Shown one piece after another: positions 47,602 through 61,173 of a stretch of DNA of 64,000 nt (its first letter is position 1; the number at the start of each line of letters is the position of its first letter). Source of the stretch: Peribolospora baueri (Eukaryota). Location of the stretch: NCBI GenBank assembly GCA_029717555.1, contig JAMDHS010000106.1:1-64000 (forward strand), read 5' to 3'. Both the position numbers and the translations under genes were made by a program. The notes beneath the pieces were generated by a model. It was not told the origin of the DNA, ran no database searches, and saw nothing but the letters and a program-made list of their open reading frames with translations.

Positions 47602-50600
47602 TCACATGACACCTTCAGGATCCATCGCTCCTGCCGAAAGACACAGGTTGCGAGGCGTGAAATGAACGTTGACGATCGGTGTTCTCTTCGTCCTGAAGGT
47701 TGCCAAGAGATCGTTGCTGTAACACGAAGCCGAGAATCTTAGCTTCACATTCACATCCGAGAGACTAGAACGCCAAGCAGCTAGTTGGATCTCACCTTGG
47801 CACAGGCTCGTCCGCGTTGCTTTGTTGAGACCTCTTCGAGAACGGAATCGCGCTACCTGCAGCTCCCAATCCAGCAGCAGCCTCGTTCAAAGTACCCTCG
47901 TGACCATGCCCGCTGCCCCTCCTCTCCCCTCCGGCGGTCCCGACGTCCCAACATCGTACCGTGCAATCTGCACTCCCAGAGACGAGAAGGGAGCTTTCAG
48001 CAGAAAAGGCCAGCGAGTAGATGGATCTTGCGTGTCCAGTCATCTTTTTGACTCTTCGGCCGCTGCCGAGGTCCCACAGGTTGATAGAAAGGTCTTCGGA
48101 TGCAGAAGCCAGATACCGCCCATCGGGGGAGACGGCAAGGGCGGTTATGGCTCCGGTGTGGCCCACAAAGAGTCGCACGCAGGTACCTCGCTGCACATCC
48201 CAGAGACGGCAGGTGCGGTCGGCGGAGCCGGTGGCGAGATAGAGACTGTTAGGGTGGAATTTTAGGCACTGAGGCAGAAATGGGAGAATGAACATGAGTG
48301 TAAGAAGGGTAAGAAAGCTTTCGAACCGTCCCTCCATCACCTCACCTCGACATCACTCAAATGTCCCGCAAACATCCTTAGCGGAGCCACCCTTTCGGTA
48401 CTCCACAGCCTCGCCGTTCGATCTCGGGATCCGGTAGCGAAATATACGCCCATTGGGCCCCACTGGACATCCCACACCGGATCTTGATGGCCCCGGTAGA
48501 CCACGAGACTGCTCATGGTGTCCAAGCTCCATAGTCGCGTCGTGCCGTCCTGAGAACAAGACAGGAGATGCCGGGGCGATGTCGCCGAGCCGCCCAAAGG
48601 ATCGAAGGAGACCCCATATACGGGCCCAGAGTGGCCAACAAGGCGACGCGTCGTGGACCCGTCCTTTTCGCGGTACTTGCGGAGAGACTTGGCTGTGATC
48701 AACAAAATCAGCCGGATTTCGGATGAGTTCATGCGCCTCATCTCTGTCAAAAACGACGTCCTACATCAGAGAGGCGATGCGTACCATCTCGCACGTTCTG
48801 CATATTGAAGTCACTTCGCAAACCTCGTAGTCTGTCGCCCTTCAAGCTCCATAACTGGATGTAACTCTCCGAAAAACCGCCTGCGATGAGTGACACGTCG
48901 TCAGAGAATGTCGCGCAACACAGCCTGCCACGTGAGAGAGGAAAGGAAAGGAAGGCACGTCAGCTCGACCATGCGGCTCAATTGTTCCAGGAAAGCGGAG
49001 GCATCGAATGAAATCACTAACCCATCGCCAGCGTCGTGGAACGTGTACTGACACACGCTCGGCAGCGCGGCGACGCCTTTACTGCCGGTCTCCAATCCTT
49101 GCGCGATTTCTCCTCCCTCGAGCAAGCCAGGATCGAGCCTGATGCGCTTACGGGCGTCCCGCACTTTCTCCACCTCCCTTCTGACATCGACGTTTCGGAA
49201 GGAAGAGGGAAGAGGAAGCATGTCGCTGGGGAGGGGAGCTGTCAGGCCCAAGTGAGCAGCTTCTGGAGTAGGGGCAGGAGAAGCACTAGACGTTTCGCCG
49301 GGAGGCTGAGAAGCTCGGCCTTCGTCGGCGGAATCGGAAGGCTCCGGCTTCACGCTTGGCTCGCCTTCCTTTGCACCTTCCTTCTCACCCTCCTTCGGCT
49401 CGCCAGTGCTCTCCACGCCCTCCATTTGCGTTACAGCTTCACAGCCCTCAGCGCTTGCACCATCATCCTGCGCTGCTTTTTCACCAGCCGCCTCCTTGGC
49501 CTTCTCTCGACGCTCGTCATCCCGCAGAGCTCTCTCCACCTCGTCTTTCAGCTTTTGATTCATCGGTGCAGGCCCAAGCTTGAGAGTTTGCCCGGGCACT
49601 CGCGCGTTAAACGCGTCGGGGTCGGTCGCTACGCCGGTGTAAGCTCGGGCGCCGGATGAGGTGACGATGTGCGAGGGGCCAAGGGCAGTCAAGCCTGTGC
49701 CTTCTTCTAACATGGCCAGATCGAGGGCGGTTGGCCGGATGGAAAGAACTAGCGAGAATGGAGAGCAGGAGAACCGGATCAACGCGGCAAGCACGTATAG
49801 GAGACAATGAGATCCTCCGCTCACCTTTCATCTGCACCCTTTCATTCAAGATGCCCAGAATCACTTTCCTCCCTCTCCGCCCCGCCTCACCCACACCAAC
49901 GCCGTTTTCTTCGATCGATTCGGTGGCGCCGGCACCAGCCACGGGACCGGCGCCATCTGTGAGCCAACCCATGAGGAGATCGAGCACCGTCTTCGTCATT
50001 TTGATGACGTACTTCTCGTTCCGAAAGCGTTGAACAATCTCGTCGCTCTGGACATGAAAGGGGAGCTGCACAGCGGAGAGATGGGCAAGCAAGGCTTGGT
50101 GTGTCGGTGCAAATTGGCCTGCGTGACCTTGAAAGAAGGCGGATGCTGGAAGAAAGACGGGAATTTCGGCAAATTAGCCAGCAGTCCACAAGCCGAGACC
50201 AAGATAGATAAAGAGTTGGCCCTCGAAACATTTCTCACCAGCTTCCCGCAAACCGAGGTCGACCAAGTCAATGTAAGCATGGATGAACAAAGGGAGTAAT
50301 ACTGGCCGAAGCTGGGGCTATGAAGGGAAACGAGCCGGTGCCGATCGACTGTCAAAATGTGGGACCCCGCACGAGGATAACTTGCATGCAGCGCGAGACT
50401 CACCCGATAAATATCAAGGCTCCCCTCGATCCACTTCTCCAAAGCGCTCCATCCCCTCGCCCTATCGGTGGGGTCCAATAACAGTGCGTTCGCAGCGGCG
50501 GTAGCGCCCGGCCCATCCTTGTAGGTGTCGAGCAAACTCTCACTCGAAGGCAAATTGGCCTGTGGCGCGCTCTTGGATGCCAAGTCGGTCAGGCCCATCG

Positions 50601-50871
50601 TGCGAGGCCCGGCACCCACTTCCCCATCCGCACCCTCAACGCGTACGCCGCCGTAGAGCTCGGCCCTAAGCGCCGCCTCTGCTTTAGTATAGCCGCGCTT
50701 CTTAAGGTACTCGAGCACCGTCTCATTTGCGCTGGGGCCAGCAAGCGAAGGGCCCGAAGCAGATAGATTGGTAGGCTCGGCGCCGGCACCAGATCCGGAA
50801 GCGCTGCCCTCTGCTGCGGAGGCCGAGGGTGGCGCTGAGACGGCCGCGGTATTCGCCTCTTTGGACGTCAT
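47602..50871 (-). CDS. TAF5: TFIID/SAGA subunit Taf5 (LisH, NTD2, WD40 repeats), multi-exon
   Basis: Motifs VLEYLKKRGYTKAEAALRAE, WIEGSLDIY, LPSVCQYTF, LVGHSGPVYG, YRGHQDPVWDV, FHPNSLYLATGSADRTCRLWD and C-terminal TKRTPIVNVHFTPRNL. Confidence 0.95.
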
Positions 50872-51274
50872 GATGGATGTTTAGTCGGGCGACGGAGTAG
50901 CAAAGGCCTGATCTGGAGCTTCTTGGCACGCCCTTTCCGGGTCTGCAAAGCCGTAATCGCACCTCCAGAAAACCTTGATCCGGCAAAAAGAACCAAACAG
51001 AGACCAACGAGTGAGATGGCAGATGGATGGATGGTCGGATGGGTGTAGTGAACCGTCCGGACGCGGTTGAGAAGGAGCGCTTGACAATAACCGATCGGAC
51101 GGCACGTGATCATAAGCTGGCCGCAGCTAGACTTTCAACTTTGGTATTCAGATTCACCACGAATCTTGCGGTGGAGCAGAGCTCATGCTTACGATTGCCT
51201 TGCACCTGCTCCTTTGCTCTCAAGCATTCCCCATCTAGTAGGACGTGTGCCCCCTGCTGCATCCATAGCTGGGC

Positions 51275-53440
51275 ATGGCGAGAGGAAGAGGACGATCAGG
51301 GCGCGAGCGCGGAGAGAAACCCGGAAAGGGGAAGGGGAGGCATGAGCCGATTTACGATACACACGATGAGGCGCTTGAGGGTGGGATCGAGGCGGAGGAG
51401 AAAGGGGAGAGGTGGGCGATCGGGGCCAAGGTGAGCAGGCCGTCTTCGTCTCTCTATGGATTAGGAGCATGGTCACAGCGGTGTGGACAAGGGATGTGAC
51501 CATTTCCGCGGCCGTGTTGACGCATTTCTCTGCTTGCTGATCGCAGGCGCGCCGGTTTTACGAGAAGGCCTACGAGTTGTACCGGCGAGCAGCTTCGTTC
51601 TCGGAGACGCCGGACAGCCTCTACAATGCGTGAGCGACTCGGTTTCCTGAACTGGAAAAGGATGAGGAGCGAACCAGCATGTGTACATGCGACTAACTAA
51701 ACCTGCCTCGACACTGCACATAAACATCGCAGCGCTCGCGTCCTCTACCTCCTCTCCACGGCCTTCTACCTCGCCCCATCCGGTCTCTCTACCTTGAAGG
51801 AGTCTATTTTCCTCTACCGTCGCGCCTCATCTTCCCTCCTATCCACCACCCTCTCCGAACCTTCCAGTCAGGCGACACAGGGACAAGCAGGTGCTCCCAC
51901 AGAGTTTGGAACCGACATTACCTTCAACCTAGCTACGGCTCTTCAGACGCTCGGCGAGTGGATGGACGAGCTCGAGTTGAGGGAAATGAACACAGTAGAT
52001 TCGGGTTTTGGCTTGACACCGAAGGAGCTTTTGCTAGAAGCTGCGAGGCTGTTTGAGCAGGTCGCAAGGGACCAATACGCGTTGGTCACGTTTGACCGTG
52101 CGCCAGAGTCGGACTGTTCAGGAGGGAGCGACGACGGCATGTCCGAGATCTCTCCAGATACGGATTACAGTCATCAAACTTCTGGCGCCGAGCCGAACGT
52201 TGGCTCTTCTTCGTCCGGTCCGACGGCTACGGCTTGGGAATCGACCCTCACTACACCGTCCACCATCCTTGACACGCTGCTGTCCCTCCACTCTTGCGCT
52301 TCGTCGATATTGTCACTCGCGAACTCTCCCAGTGAGCTCAGCCAAGCTAAGGAGGCGGCGGCGACGGCCTTTGCGAGCGTGCAAGACCTCTACTCTGCGT
52401 ATCCTCATTTGCAAGCTGAGCGCAGCGCGGAGGTCTCTCTGGCTGGAGAGACATGGCGGATCGCCGAAGCATCGAAGGGCATCTCTCTCGGCCTAGCGGC
52501 CTCTGAGGACGCTTGGACGACCTTACGACAGGAGCAAAGCGCCGCTTTGGACCAGTTGGCCGCGATCGCAGCGTCTTCCGCCCCGGCGCTTGCTAGTTCC
52601 GCTCCGGGACAGCAGAACGACGCGGCTAAGGAGGCGAAGGAGTTTGCAATTCGCGTGCACTGTGAGCTCGGAGACGCGCGATCCACCGTCGCTTGGTCGA
52701 TCTTCCGCCGAGCTCTTCAGTCTTCCCTCCAAAACACCCCCCCTCAAGAGGCGGACCTGGCGCTTGTGTGGACGCTCGCCTCCCAATCCGTGCAAGCATA
52801 CAACGCCGCCCTACAAGCCACGTCCGCCTCGCCCTCTTCGTCCACCCTCGTTGTCGGCTCATCCGGAACCACGCCGACCTCACTCACCCGTTCCTCCATC
52901 CTCCGCTCCCTCTCCGTCGTATCCATCCTCCGCGCCCACCCACTCCTCGCGAACCTCCCCAAGGCGCAGGGCAAAATGGCGAGCCTGCTGGAAAACGCAA
53001 AAGTGTACGCGCGCAGGGCGTGCGAAGAGAGCGGGTGCGCTTGGATGTTCCGTGCGGGGACCGACTTTCCTTCTCATCAGATGGTCGCGCCCGCGTCTTT
53101 GTTTGCTGCGGGTCCTGAACCTCTGCGAGCGGCGTGCGATTCCGTCTTCCACCTCTTACGGGCCTACAGTTTCACCGAAGTGACCTCGGTCCCGAACGCC
53201 GACCCTGGAGCGGCTGGTGCTCCGCAACAGGGGACGGAAGTTCGGACGCTCGCACGGGTGCTCATGGCGATTTCGAAGGCGGAAGAAGCGGGCAGGTTAG
53301 CTGCGGGTCCGGGAGGGATTAGGAGGTGGGTAGAGGAGAGGGAGGAAGAGGAGGGCGAGTGGAGTGCGAGGGAGAGGGCATGGTGGAGTGCGCTGGCTGA
53401 GAGCGTCGAGGTAGATTTGCAGCGGCCTCCATCCGCTTGA
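51275..53440 (+). CDS. Helical-repeat (TPR-like) protein, possibly UPF0656-like, 3 exons
   Basis: Spliced start reads MARGRG...DEALEGGIEAEEKGERWAIGAK|ARRFYEKAYELYRRA...DSLYNA|ARVLY, joined to the long ORF ending at 53440. Confidence 0.65.
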
Positions 53441-56300
53441 GTGACGTAGCCTGGGCGATGGATCGCGTCATCCCATACAAACAGCAGCGTCTTCGCTGAC
53501 GGCGGCTGTGTCCTAAAGTGCCTCTGGAACCCACGTCTGCTTACGACCTGGACAGGTTGCTTGCCTGCCTAGTGTGTCGGACGCCTAGTCTCGTGATCGA
53601 TCGCACGACGACGACGGGGTCCGCTCATCGGGCTCTGGGAGGCGTCGGTGGTCCGTGCGCGCATATTCATACCCATACCCACTCCCAGCGGCAGCGGCTG
53701 CCAGCAAGAAGGCTGCCCCGTCCATGTACTCACTCGAGCATATATAGCACAGTCCGTGGGTGCGATTTGTCGGAATGAGCGGCGACAGAGCGTGAACGAA
53801 AGGGTGCTGGAGATATTTTTTTTTTTCGTGGCGAGCGCACCGGGTAGGTTGTAAGTGTCCGTTCGGTCCGGTCGTCGTGGCCACCATCCGCTCTCTGCCG
53901 CTTCGTTGTTCATCCGTCTGTCCCCCGTGGTCGCCAAGTGTCCGTCGTCCATATCACAGGAGGTGATCCTCGCTCCTCATCAAACGCCTGCCCCTCGCTT
54001 ACTCTTTACCTTTGCCCCGCGCAGTCCAGACAAAACCAAGGTCTGGGTCCGTCTCCGACCCCGATTTGGCAAGTCCCGAGACGTCCGCGAACAGAAGAGC
54101 ACGACACAACTGACGGATGGATGGGTACCCTTGTCCCACAACTCGATTACGGTCTATCCTTTGTGGAATCGATACCGGCCATGCAAAGGAGGTTCCCGCT
54201 CGCTTTTGAATGCTACGAACCTGTTCCATTCGCTTGACTTTGTTTGTTCTCTTGCCGGCGTCCCCGTAACGATGCCCACGGCGACTAGGCTCGCAGAGCG
54301 GGGCCGCCACTCGGAAGCACACGCCTTGCTGACCCGACTCACTTCGCGGACCCGTCCTCGGGGACAGCCGTCCGTCGTTGGCTGACCGTTTGTTTGGCTG
54401 CTCGGAAACCGCGTCGGCTTTTTCGGCAAGCTGGCTCGGTCCTGCGTGGATATATCCAGCGGAGATCACTCCGTTGGCGATACGCTCTCAGGCAGCGTCC
54501 TTGGCCACAGCCTCGGTGAGCCTTTGTCCCCGTCAGCCGTGAGATGATGTCGTAAATTTGACGACAAGGAACGATTCTTGCCGTCGTGCCTTGCTCGTCG
54601 CGTAGGTGACTGACGACGGCGTCGACCGTATTGTCCCGCCCGCCTACCTTTGTCTGACGTCGGCAATGATGGACGTTGCGTCGAAACCCGTTCATTCAAA
54701 CGCCGGACGCGATAGGTTTGGATTTGGAACTTTCTTGTCGCGGTGAGCGCAAACGGTGACGCTGGCGGAGGAGCCGGGTCGCGCCCGGGAAGGTAAGGAG
54801 GAGGGGCACTGACAGACGGCGGCTCTCGCAGGAAATCACGCCGACAGCGCTGGCAAAGATTCATAACCGCTACTTTATCGTCTTGGCCGGTGAGTGAGCG
54901 TCCGTCCCTCTCCCTTCCTTCCGTCCATCTAACCAAAACCTGACGTAATGAACGATTGAATGATGATGGGACGCGACGCGACGCGACGCGACAAATGCAT
55001 GCAATGCCTCATCCACCCCCACAACCTTCCTCCTATACCCCGAGACAGCGGGGCTAAAGCTGGAAGAGGTGGACGAGCTGTTTGTGGATGGGGAGGTGCG
55101 CCTACGTCGGTCGTCTTGCGCCCGCTGCGGCCTGGACGAGGACGAGGACGGCGACGGCGTTGGCATCGTTGTGAGTGGCGGGCGAGGGGAGGGAGATTTG
55201 GAGGCGGTGGGGACGCGGGAAGGGAGTGTGGGGGTGGGAAGAGAGGATGTCAAGGTTTAGCTAGCTAGGGCGGGCGACGCGGACGTGGGTCGTGAATGAA
55301 TGGATGAATGAATGAATGAATGAATGGTTGAATGGTTGGAAGGATGGATGAATGGATGGAAAAATGACCGCCCACGTCGTTCGTCATCTGAGAGACAAGC
55401 CTTCCGTCCACGACACCGACACCGACACGACACCGACGCACGAAGTCTTTTCCTTGGAGACGTCGTCGTCGTCTGTCCCCCTTGACGCATGCATGTCCGA
55501 CCCGACCACAAACATGTACATACAGCGTGCATTTTGTGGACTATACGGACGGTCTCACCGTTGGCCCGACTCTTACCGTACCGTCGCTGAACAAGCGACG
55601 AGCGACGCTGGAGCCAAGCTAAGCTGTCCGTACGCCTGGAACCCGTGCACACGCGCGACGATAAATGAAAACGGCCGACCGGGCCCGCTAGAGGCCCGAC
55701 GACGCTGACCGTCCCGTCCCAGGCGCCGCGACGCAGAGCAGAGTTCGTGGCTCAGACAGATGAGGTAAGACAGCGCAGCTGTCGTTTAGCTCTGGCGTCG
55801 CCCACAGAGCGAAGAACATGACGGACGGACAACCACACACACACATACGAGCGCGCACGCAAAGCTTAGGGGTGAACGGGTGCACAAATACCGGGTTGCC
55901 GAGCGCCAGTCGGCAATAACATGGCCAGAGGGGAAAAGAGGGGAGGGAACGGAAAAGAAGGATTCGAACGAACCGAACGGACCAAAATGGGACGGAGGGG
56001 GACGACGACCGAGGGCAGTGAAATAGGGATCTGGCCGAAACGAAGAGAACAAGACCAGCAAGTTGAATCGTTAAGTCGAAAGGAGGGAGAGCCGACCGAA
56101 GGAAAGCAAGCGAAGCATCGTCATCGTCATCATCACCGTTGGGACGGAGGTGCCATCGGAGATGGACGAGACGGGCGGGAGGGAGAATGTGAAGGGGTAT
56201 AGGGTATCGTCGCAAGGGGCCGGCGACGAAGAAGAGTTACCCCGAACGGGTGACGGTGGTTGGCCTTGGACGTCCTCCGTAAGACCCAGAGAGAGGGCGC

Positions 56301-57356
56301 TTAGGAGGAGACGAACTGCCAAGCGAGGTCGGTGAGACTGCCGCTGCCGGTCATGAGCGCGTCGAGCTCGTTGACGCCCTGCATGTTAGTGAGCGGGGCG
56401 AACCAGGCGTAGCCGAGAACCCAGTCCTGAGAGTCCATGTAGTTCATCGTGGTGGCCATGAAGGACTTGATCTCGCTGGCGCTGCACTGAGCACCGCCAT
56501 TGAAGTTCTGGCACGCGTACTCGGTGACGATGATGGGCTTGTTGTAGGCGCTGTGGAACTTGTTGATGAAGGCGATGAAGCCCTGAGCAGAGACGTCGTA
56601 GTAGTGGACGGCGATGGCGTCGACGTGGCAGCCGTTGCAGCCCTTGAGGAAGCTGCCGACCCAGTCGAAGCCGTTGGGCCTCGAGCTGGGCGCGGGGCTG
56701 ACGAGGAAGAAGCCGTCCTTGTGGAGGGGCTCGATGTACTGCTGCCAGAGCTGGATACCCTGCTGGGGAGACATGTTGGACTGGCCCTGCTCGTTGGGCT
56801 CGTTCATGCCGAACACGCACTTGGCGCTGACGTCACCCTTGCGCTGAATGACCTGCTGCTCGAACTGGGAGATCTGGTTGTAGCCCCAGAGCATGGGGCA
56901 GAAGGCGAGGCCGTGGTTGTTGCTCATGCCGTTGGGAGTCCAGGAGTAGTACCAGTTGACCTTGTTGTTGTTGCCCTGAAGGTACTGCCCAATGTTCAAG
57001 CTGTCGCCGTTGGGCCAGCAGAGACCGCGCTTCTTGCTCTTGTCGAAAGGGCCCCAGCCAGGGGAGCCAGCGACGGCGCCGGAGCCGGACTGGGTGGAGG
57101 CGGGCTTGGAGGAGGAAGAAGCCGGCTTGGGCTTGGAGGAGGAAGAAGCCGGCTTCTGAACGGCGGCCTGCTGAGCGTGCGTGGGGGCGGGGGCGGCGCT
57201 GGCCTTCTTGTTCTTGCACGAAGCGGCGCGCTTGGAGCCGGCGGCGTGGCGCCTGATGACGGCCTTGTTGTCGACGGGCTCGACGCCAGCGGCGACGCCG
57301 GCGATGGCCATGGAGGCCAGAAGGCCGAGGGAGGTGAGGAAGCGAACGGAAGGCAT
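56301..57356 (-). CDS. Secreted GH128 beta-1,3-glucanase-like (Asl1-like) protein, intronless
   Basis: Signal peptide and Ser/Pro/Lys linker, then KRGLCW, WYYSW, FCPMLWG, GMNEPN (acid/base), AVHYY, IIVTEY (nucleophile) and YAWF. Very strong C/G third-position bias. Confidence 0.9.
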   Translation of the reverse strand: MPSVRFLTSLGLLASMAIAGVAAGVEPVDNKAVIRRHAAGSKRAASCKNKKASAAPAPTHAQQAAVQKPASSSSKPKPASSSSKPASTQSGSGAVAGSPGWGPFDKSKKRGLCWPNGDSLNIGQYLQGNNNKVNWYYSWTPNGMSNNHGLAFCPMLWGYNQISQFEQQVIQRKGDVSAKCVFGMNEPNEQGQSNMSPQQGIQLWQQYIEPLHKDGFFLVSPAPSSRPNGFDWVGSFLKGCNGCHVDAIAVHYYDVSAQGFIAFINKFHSAYNKPIIVTEYACQNFNGGAQCSASEIKSFMATTMNYMDSQDWVLGYAWFAPLTNMQGVNELDALMTGSGSLTDLAWQFVSS

Positions 57357-59186
57357 TTCGACTTGGGGAACTTGGTGGAGGGGGTCTTGCTAAGCGGACG
57401 TGGTGAGGTCGGCTGGGGGTCGTCGAGGAGCGAGCGTGGGTGCTGCGAGGGGTTGTTGTTAATCTAGCTCAGAGGCGGCGCGGGCGGGGGGAAAGGAGTG
57501 TGATGGCGAGGAGCCGTGTTGAGAGGAGCAAGAGGGTGGGGGAGGGGTAGTCGTCGCTGACGAACGTAGAGGGTAAAGTAGGAGGGAGGGAATGGGGGCG
57601 TCGGATGGGATGGAGGAAGGAGGAGAAGAGGGAGAAGAGGGGCGCGGACAAGATGAGGGCGGGAGCGCGGCCCGGCCGACGCCTACACCTGGTCTTGGCT
57701 GGGCACGCCTTGGATCGGCAGGATCGGCAGGGCAAGGGCTGGGCTGCGGCCGTTGCTGCGGCTGGCTGCGGCTAGGCAGTCGATGGCTGTGTCGATCCGA
57801 GCGCGGGCTTGGCGGGGGTGGATTTGAAAATGAGGGGCGAGGGGTGACTTGAAATCACATTACAAGCGGCGGTAATAGCGGCGAACACGGCAGGGCGGCG
57901 CCGCTCTTTGTTCCGCCGTCCGGGCTGCACGAGGGCGATCAGAAGGTTTCCCTTCTTTCCGCATCCGCGATCCGCTGAGCAGGGAGGGGGCAAGCAGGAG
58001 ATGGAGACCCGGGCGAGGAGGACGAAGGGCTAAGCGTGCATGTCTTGCTTGTCTTGCTTGTCTTGGACGGACGGCCGCCGACAAGACGTACGCCGCTCCG
58101 CTCGCCGTCTCACTATCGCCCAAGGAGGCGCCAGCCACAGAGGGGGGCAAGCGAAATGACATGAAATGAGAGGAAGGGAAAGGAGGGGGAAGGAAGGAAA
58201 GGAAACGGGAAAAAATAAAATAAAAAGAAAAAAAGAAAGAAAGGACGGCGCCATCCATCGACGCCTTCTGCACCCGCCACGCCGTGCCCCCCGTTTGTCC
58301 TCGTTCTCTTTTCGGCGGCTGGCTGGCCCCCAGCTCGTAACACGACCACGGCTCCTTTTCCCGCGGCCACATCTGTGCTGGTGCTGGTGCTGGTGCTGGC
58401 TTGGACCCCACTGTATGTACGGTACGTACGGCACACAGAGCACAGTAAGGAACGGACACCGCTTCGCTCGCTCCCTCGCCCGCCGGCTGGCCGGACAAGA
58501 CGGGACGGGTTGCCGATGATGAGTGGGGGGACGACGTACGTATGTATGTACGTTCCTTGGCGTACAGGAGGGCGCCATCTATGTATCCATCCATCCATCC
58601 ATCCATTGCTCGCTCGCCCGCGCACGCTCGCTCGCTCCTAACGGCCGGCGGCAAGCCCCCTAGCCAGGTCCGCAAGGTCCGGCGGCACACACCAAAGGCC
58701 AAGGCCAAGGCCAAGATCTACATCCACATCTACGTCCACGTCCACGTCCATATCCACCCTCCACCCTCCACCCGTCCCTCCTTCTATCCATCCATCCATC
58801 AACGGACGGACGGACGTGGACGTCGCTGGCGTCCGTGTTCCTTTGCCCTCCGGCAAAGCGAGCATGACACTGCTCGGACCTCGTTCGCGAACCGAGTCAC
58901 ACAGAGCGAGCGAACAAAAATGACAAACGCAGGTATCTTAGTTCGATCATGGATGGAAAAAAAAAAAAAAAAAACAGGGCGAAGCACCGACAATGATACG
59001 TGATAGGTAGGTACGTACGTACGTAGGTAGGTACAACAGACGGATCGGATCGGATCGACCGGCAAACGATAGACAAATCAGTCAACGAAGAAGCCAAAGA
59101 CCGACCCCGACCGAGCGAGCGAGCGAGACAACAAACAGAGTACAACTACCTCTTTCCTCGTGTTTTTTTTTATTCCCTCTTTTCTT

Positions 59187-61173
59187 TCACTCCGCCATCG
59201 ACGAACCGTTCACGTCATCGCTGGCGTCCAGCAGACTGAAAGAGGGACGGATGACCGCCAAGGAACGACACAGATCGATCAGCGGCTAGGGCCAACACAC
59301 GCGACAGGGATGGCTCGGCTCGCTCACCTGTACTGCTTCATCAGCACACACTCGCCGCCTTGCTCCAGGTCGATATTGTACGAATAAAAGTATCCCTCCG
59401 ACGTGACGACCATCACTTGTGGCGTCGTGCTGTCGACAACGAACGAGAGCCAAACTCAGTCCACTCGTCCTATCCGTGCCAACGCACCCTCTCTCTTCCC
59501 ACCTTAAGACGACGACTCGGCTCGGCTCGGCTCGACTCACCTGCTCACCGCCACCGCACTGCTCACACCCTGGCTCGGCAGCTTGAGGTACGCAAAGTCT
59601 CGGCTCGGCTCCCAGATCTCCGTCACGCCCTTGGGAAGGTACCCTCCCACGCTCCCAGCCAGGTTCCGCCCCAATTTTAAAGAACCTCGGCGAAGCGTTC
59701 CGCTGCGTGCGTGCAAGACGGAAAACACGACTCAGCGAACGTCCTCAGACAGCGACGAACCCGAAACGCGTCCACTCGCTCACCCCACGCTCCCGTTCTT
59801 CTTCTTGTCGTTGATGAACGCCTCGTACCCGCCTCTCCCTCCGCTGCCATTACTCCCAATGCTGCCCACATCGCTCCCGTATTCGCCACCGCTCCCAGGC
59901 AAAGGCGTACCACCACCTGGTCTCCCGCCCTTGCCTCCTCCGTCCCCGCCGAGTTTGAAGATGTGCACCGTCTCCGTGTCGCTTGACACGCATAGCAGAG
60001 ACGACACCGCGTTGAAGCTCAGGCTGTAGATCCTCGCCGGGTAGGAGCCACGACGGAACTGGTAAATCTTCTGTGCCCCTGGCACTGAAAACACGCGGAT
60101 CACCGTGCCCTTGTCGCTCGCCGTGGCGAGCATCGTGCCGGTCGAGTTGAGCGTCAAGGCCGAGATCGGCGTCTTGTGCGCCTGAATGATGTTGACGACG
60201 CTTAGCGAGAGCAAATCGAAAATGAGCACATCTCCAGTCGACGAAGAAGGGCCTGAAGGGGACGAAGCAGAAGTACTGAAGGGAGAATTCGGAGACGGCA
60301 CAGGGGACGGGTAGGCGAGGTAGCAGTTTTCCGACGAAGGCGACAGGGCGCATATGGCTGCCGGGCGAGATGCAGACCCGATGAATCCGTGTTCCCATCA
60401 TGAGCATCCAAGGTCTAAGAAAGCTCTACGATCGCAGACACACGTGAACGCGAGACCCACCCTGCGGATTTGGAGAGGTCTCAATGGTGTGCAAGAGCTT
60501 CATGTTGGAGATGTCGTAGATGTAGATCTCCTCCTCCAGGATCACGACCAGTCTTCGGCGGTTCAGTTTGACGCCGAGGATGGTGGTAGGAAAGAGCAGC
60601 TCACAGATCGTCGATTGGCGCTGTCCGGAAGCAAGGTCGGGAGGTGTAAACGGTCTGAGCATGTTGTTCTCCATAACGGAACATCATTCTCAGGGTGCTC
60701 CACGCCATAACGCCTGCCGCAACGCTCACCTTGGTATTGATGATCTGCAATCGCCTCGGGCTACTACTCGGCGTATCGGCGGTACCGACGAGAGCGACGA
60801 GCGAGGTGCAAAAGAGCATCTCGACGATGCTCGCTGCTCCCTCGGTGCGAGAGTACACCTTGCCGAAGGGTTCACAGTTGAAGATGGAGTAACCCCGTCG
60901 GGTTCCGACGGCCACGCAGCTGTGAGAAGAGAGTCGGTATCGAAGCGACGAGATCGAGGCAGCCATGATTGGTTCAGTCAACTCGACTGCTGCTCATGGG
61001 CTCGGCAATCCGATGCGGTCCGGCGTTCAAGATATCGCCGGCCAGATCGCAAAAAGAAGATACATGAAACGCCACGTATATTCATAGCCGAAAGAGAGAA
61101 CTCACGTATGATCCTGGTTAAAGTTGACCGCCAAGAGGTCATTGGCCGTCTTCGTTCCGCCGGAGCGGGACAT
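59187..61173 (-). CDS. ATG18: Autophagy PROPPIN Atg18, multi-exon
   Basis: Motifs [29 protein letters not shown]...[32 protein letters not shown] (lipid-binding motif), [20 protein letters not shown] and [13 protein letters not shown]. Confidence 0.95.

Noticed and set aside
54870..55253. 127-aa Ser/Pro-rich minus-strand ORF
   Set aside because: It is low complexity, runs through simple repeats and has no domain or splice support.
56553..57467. Long antisense ORF over GH128, and similar ORFs opposite the genes at 36-38 kb, 29-32 kb and 63 kb
   Set aside because: They are the expected shadow of strong C/G third-position bias and low-complexity coding sequence.
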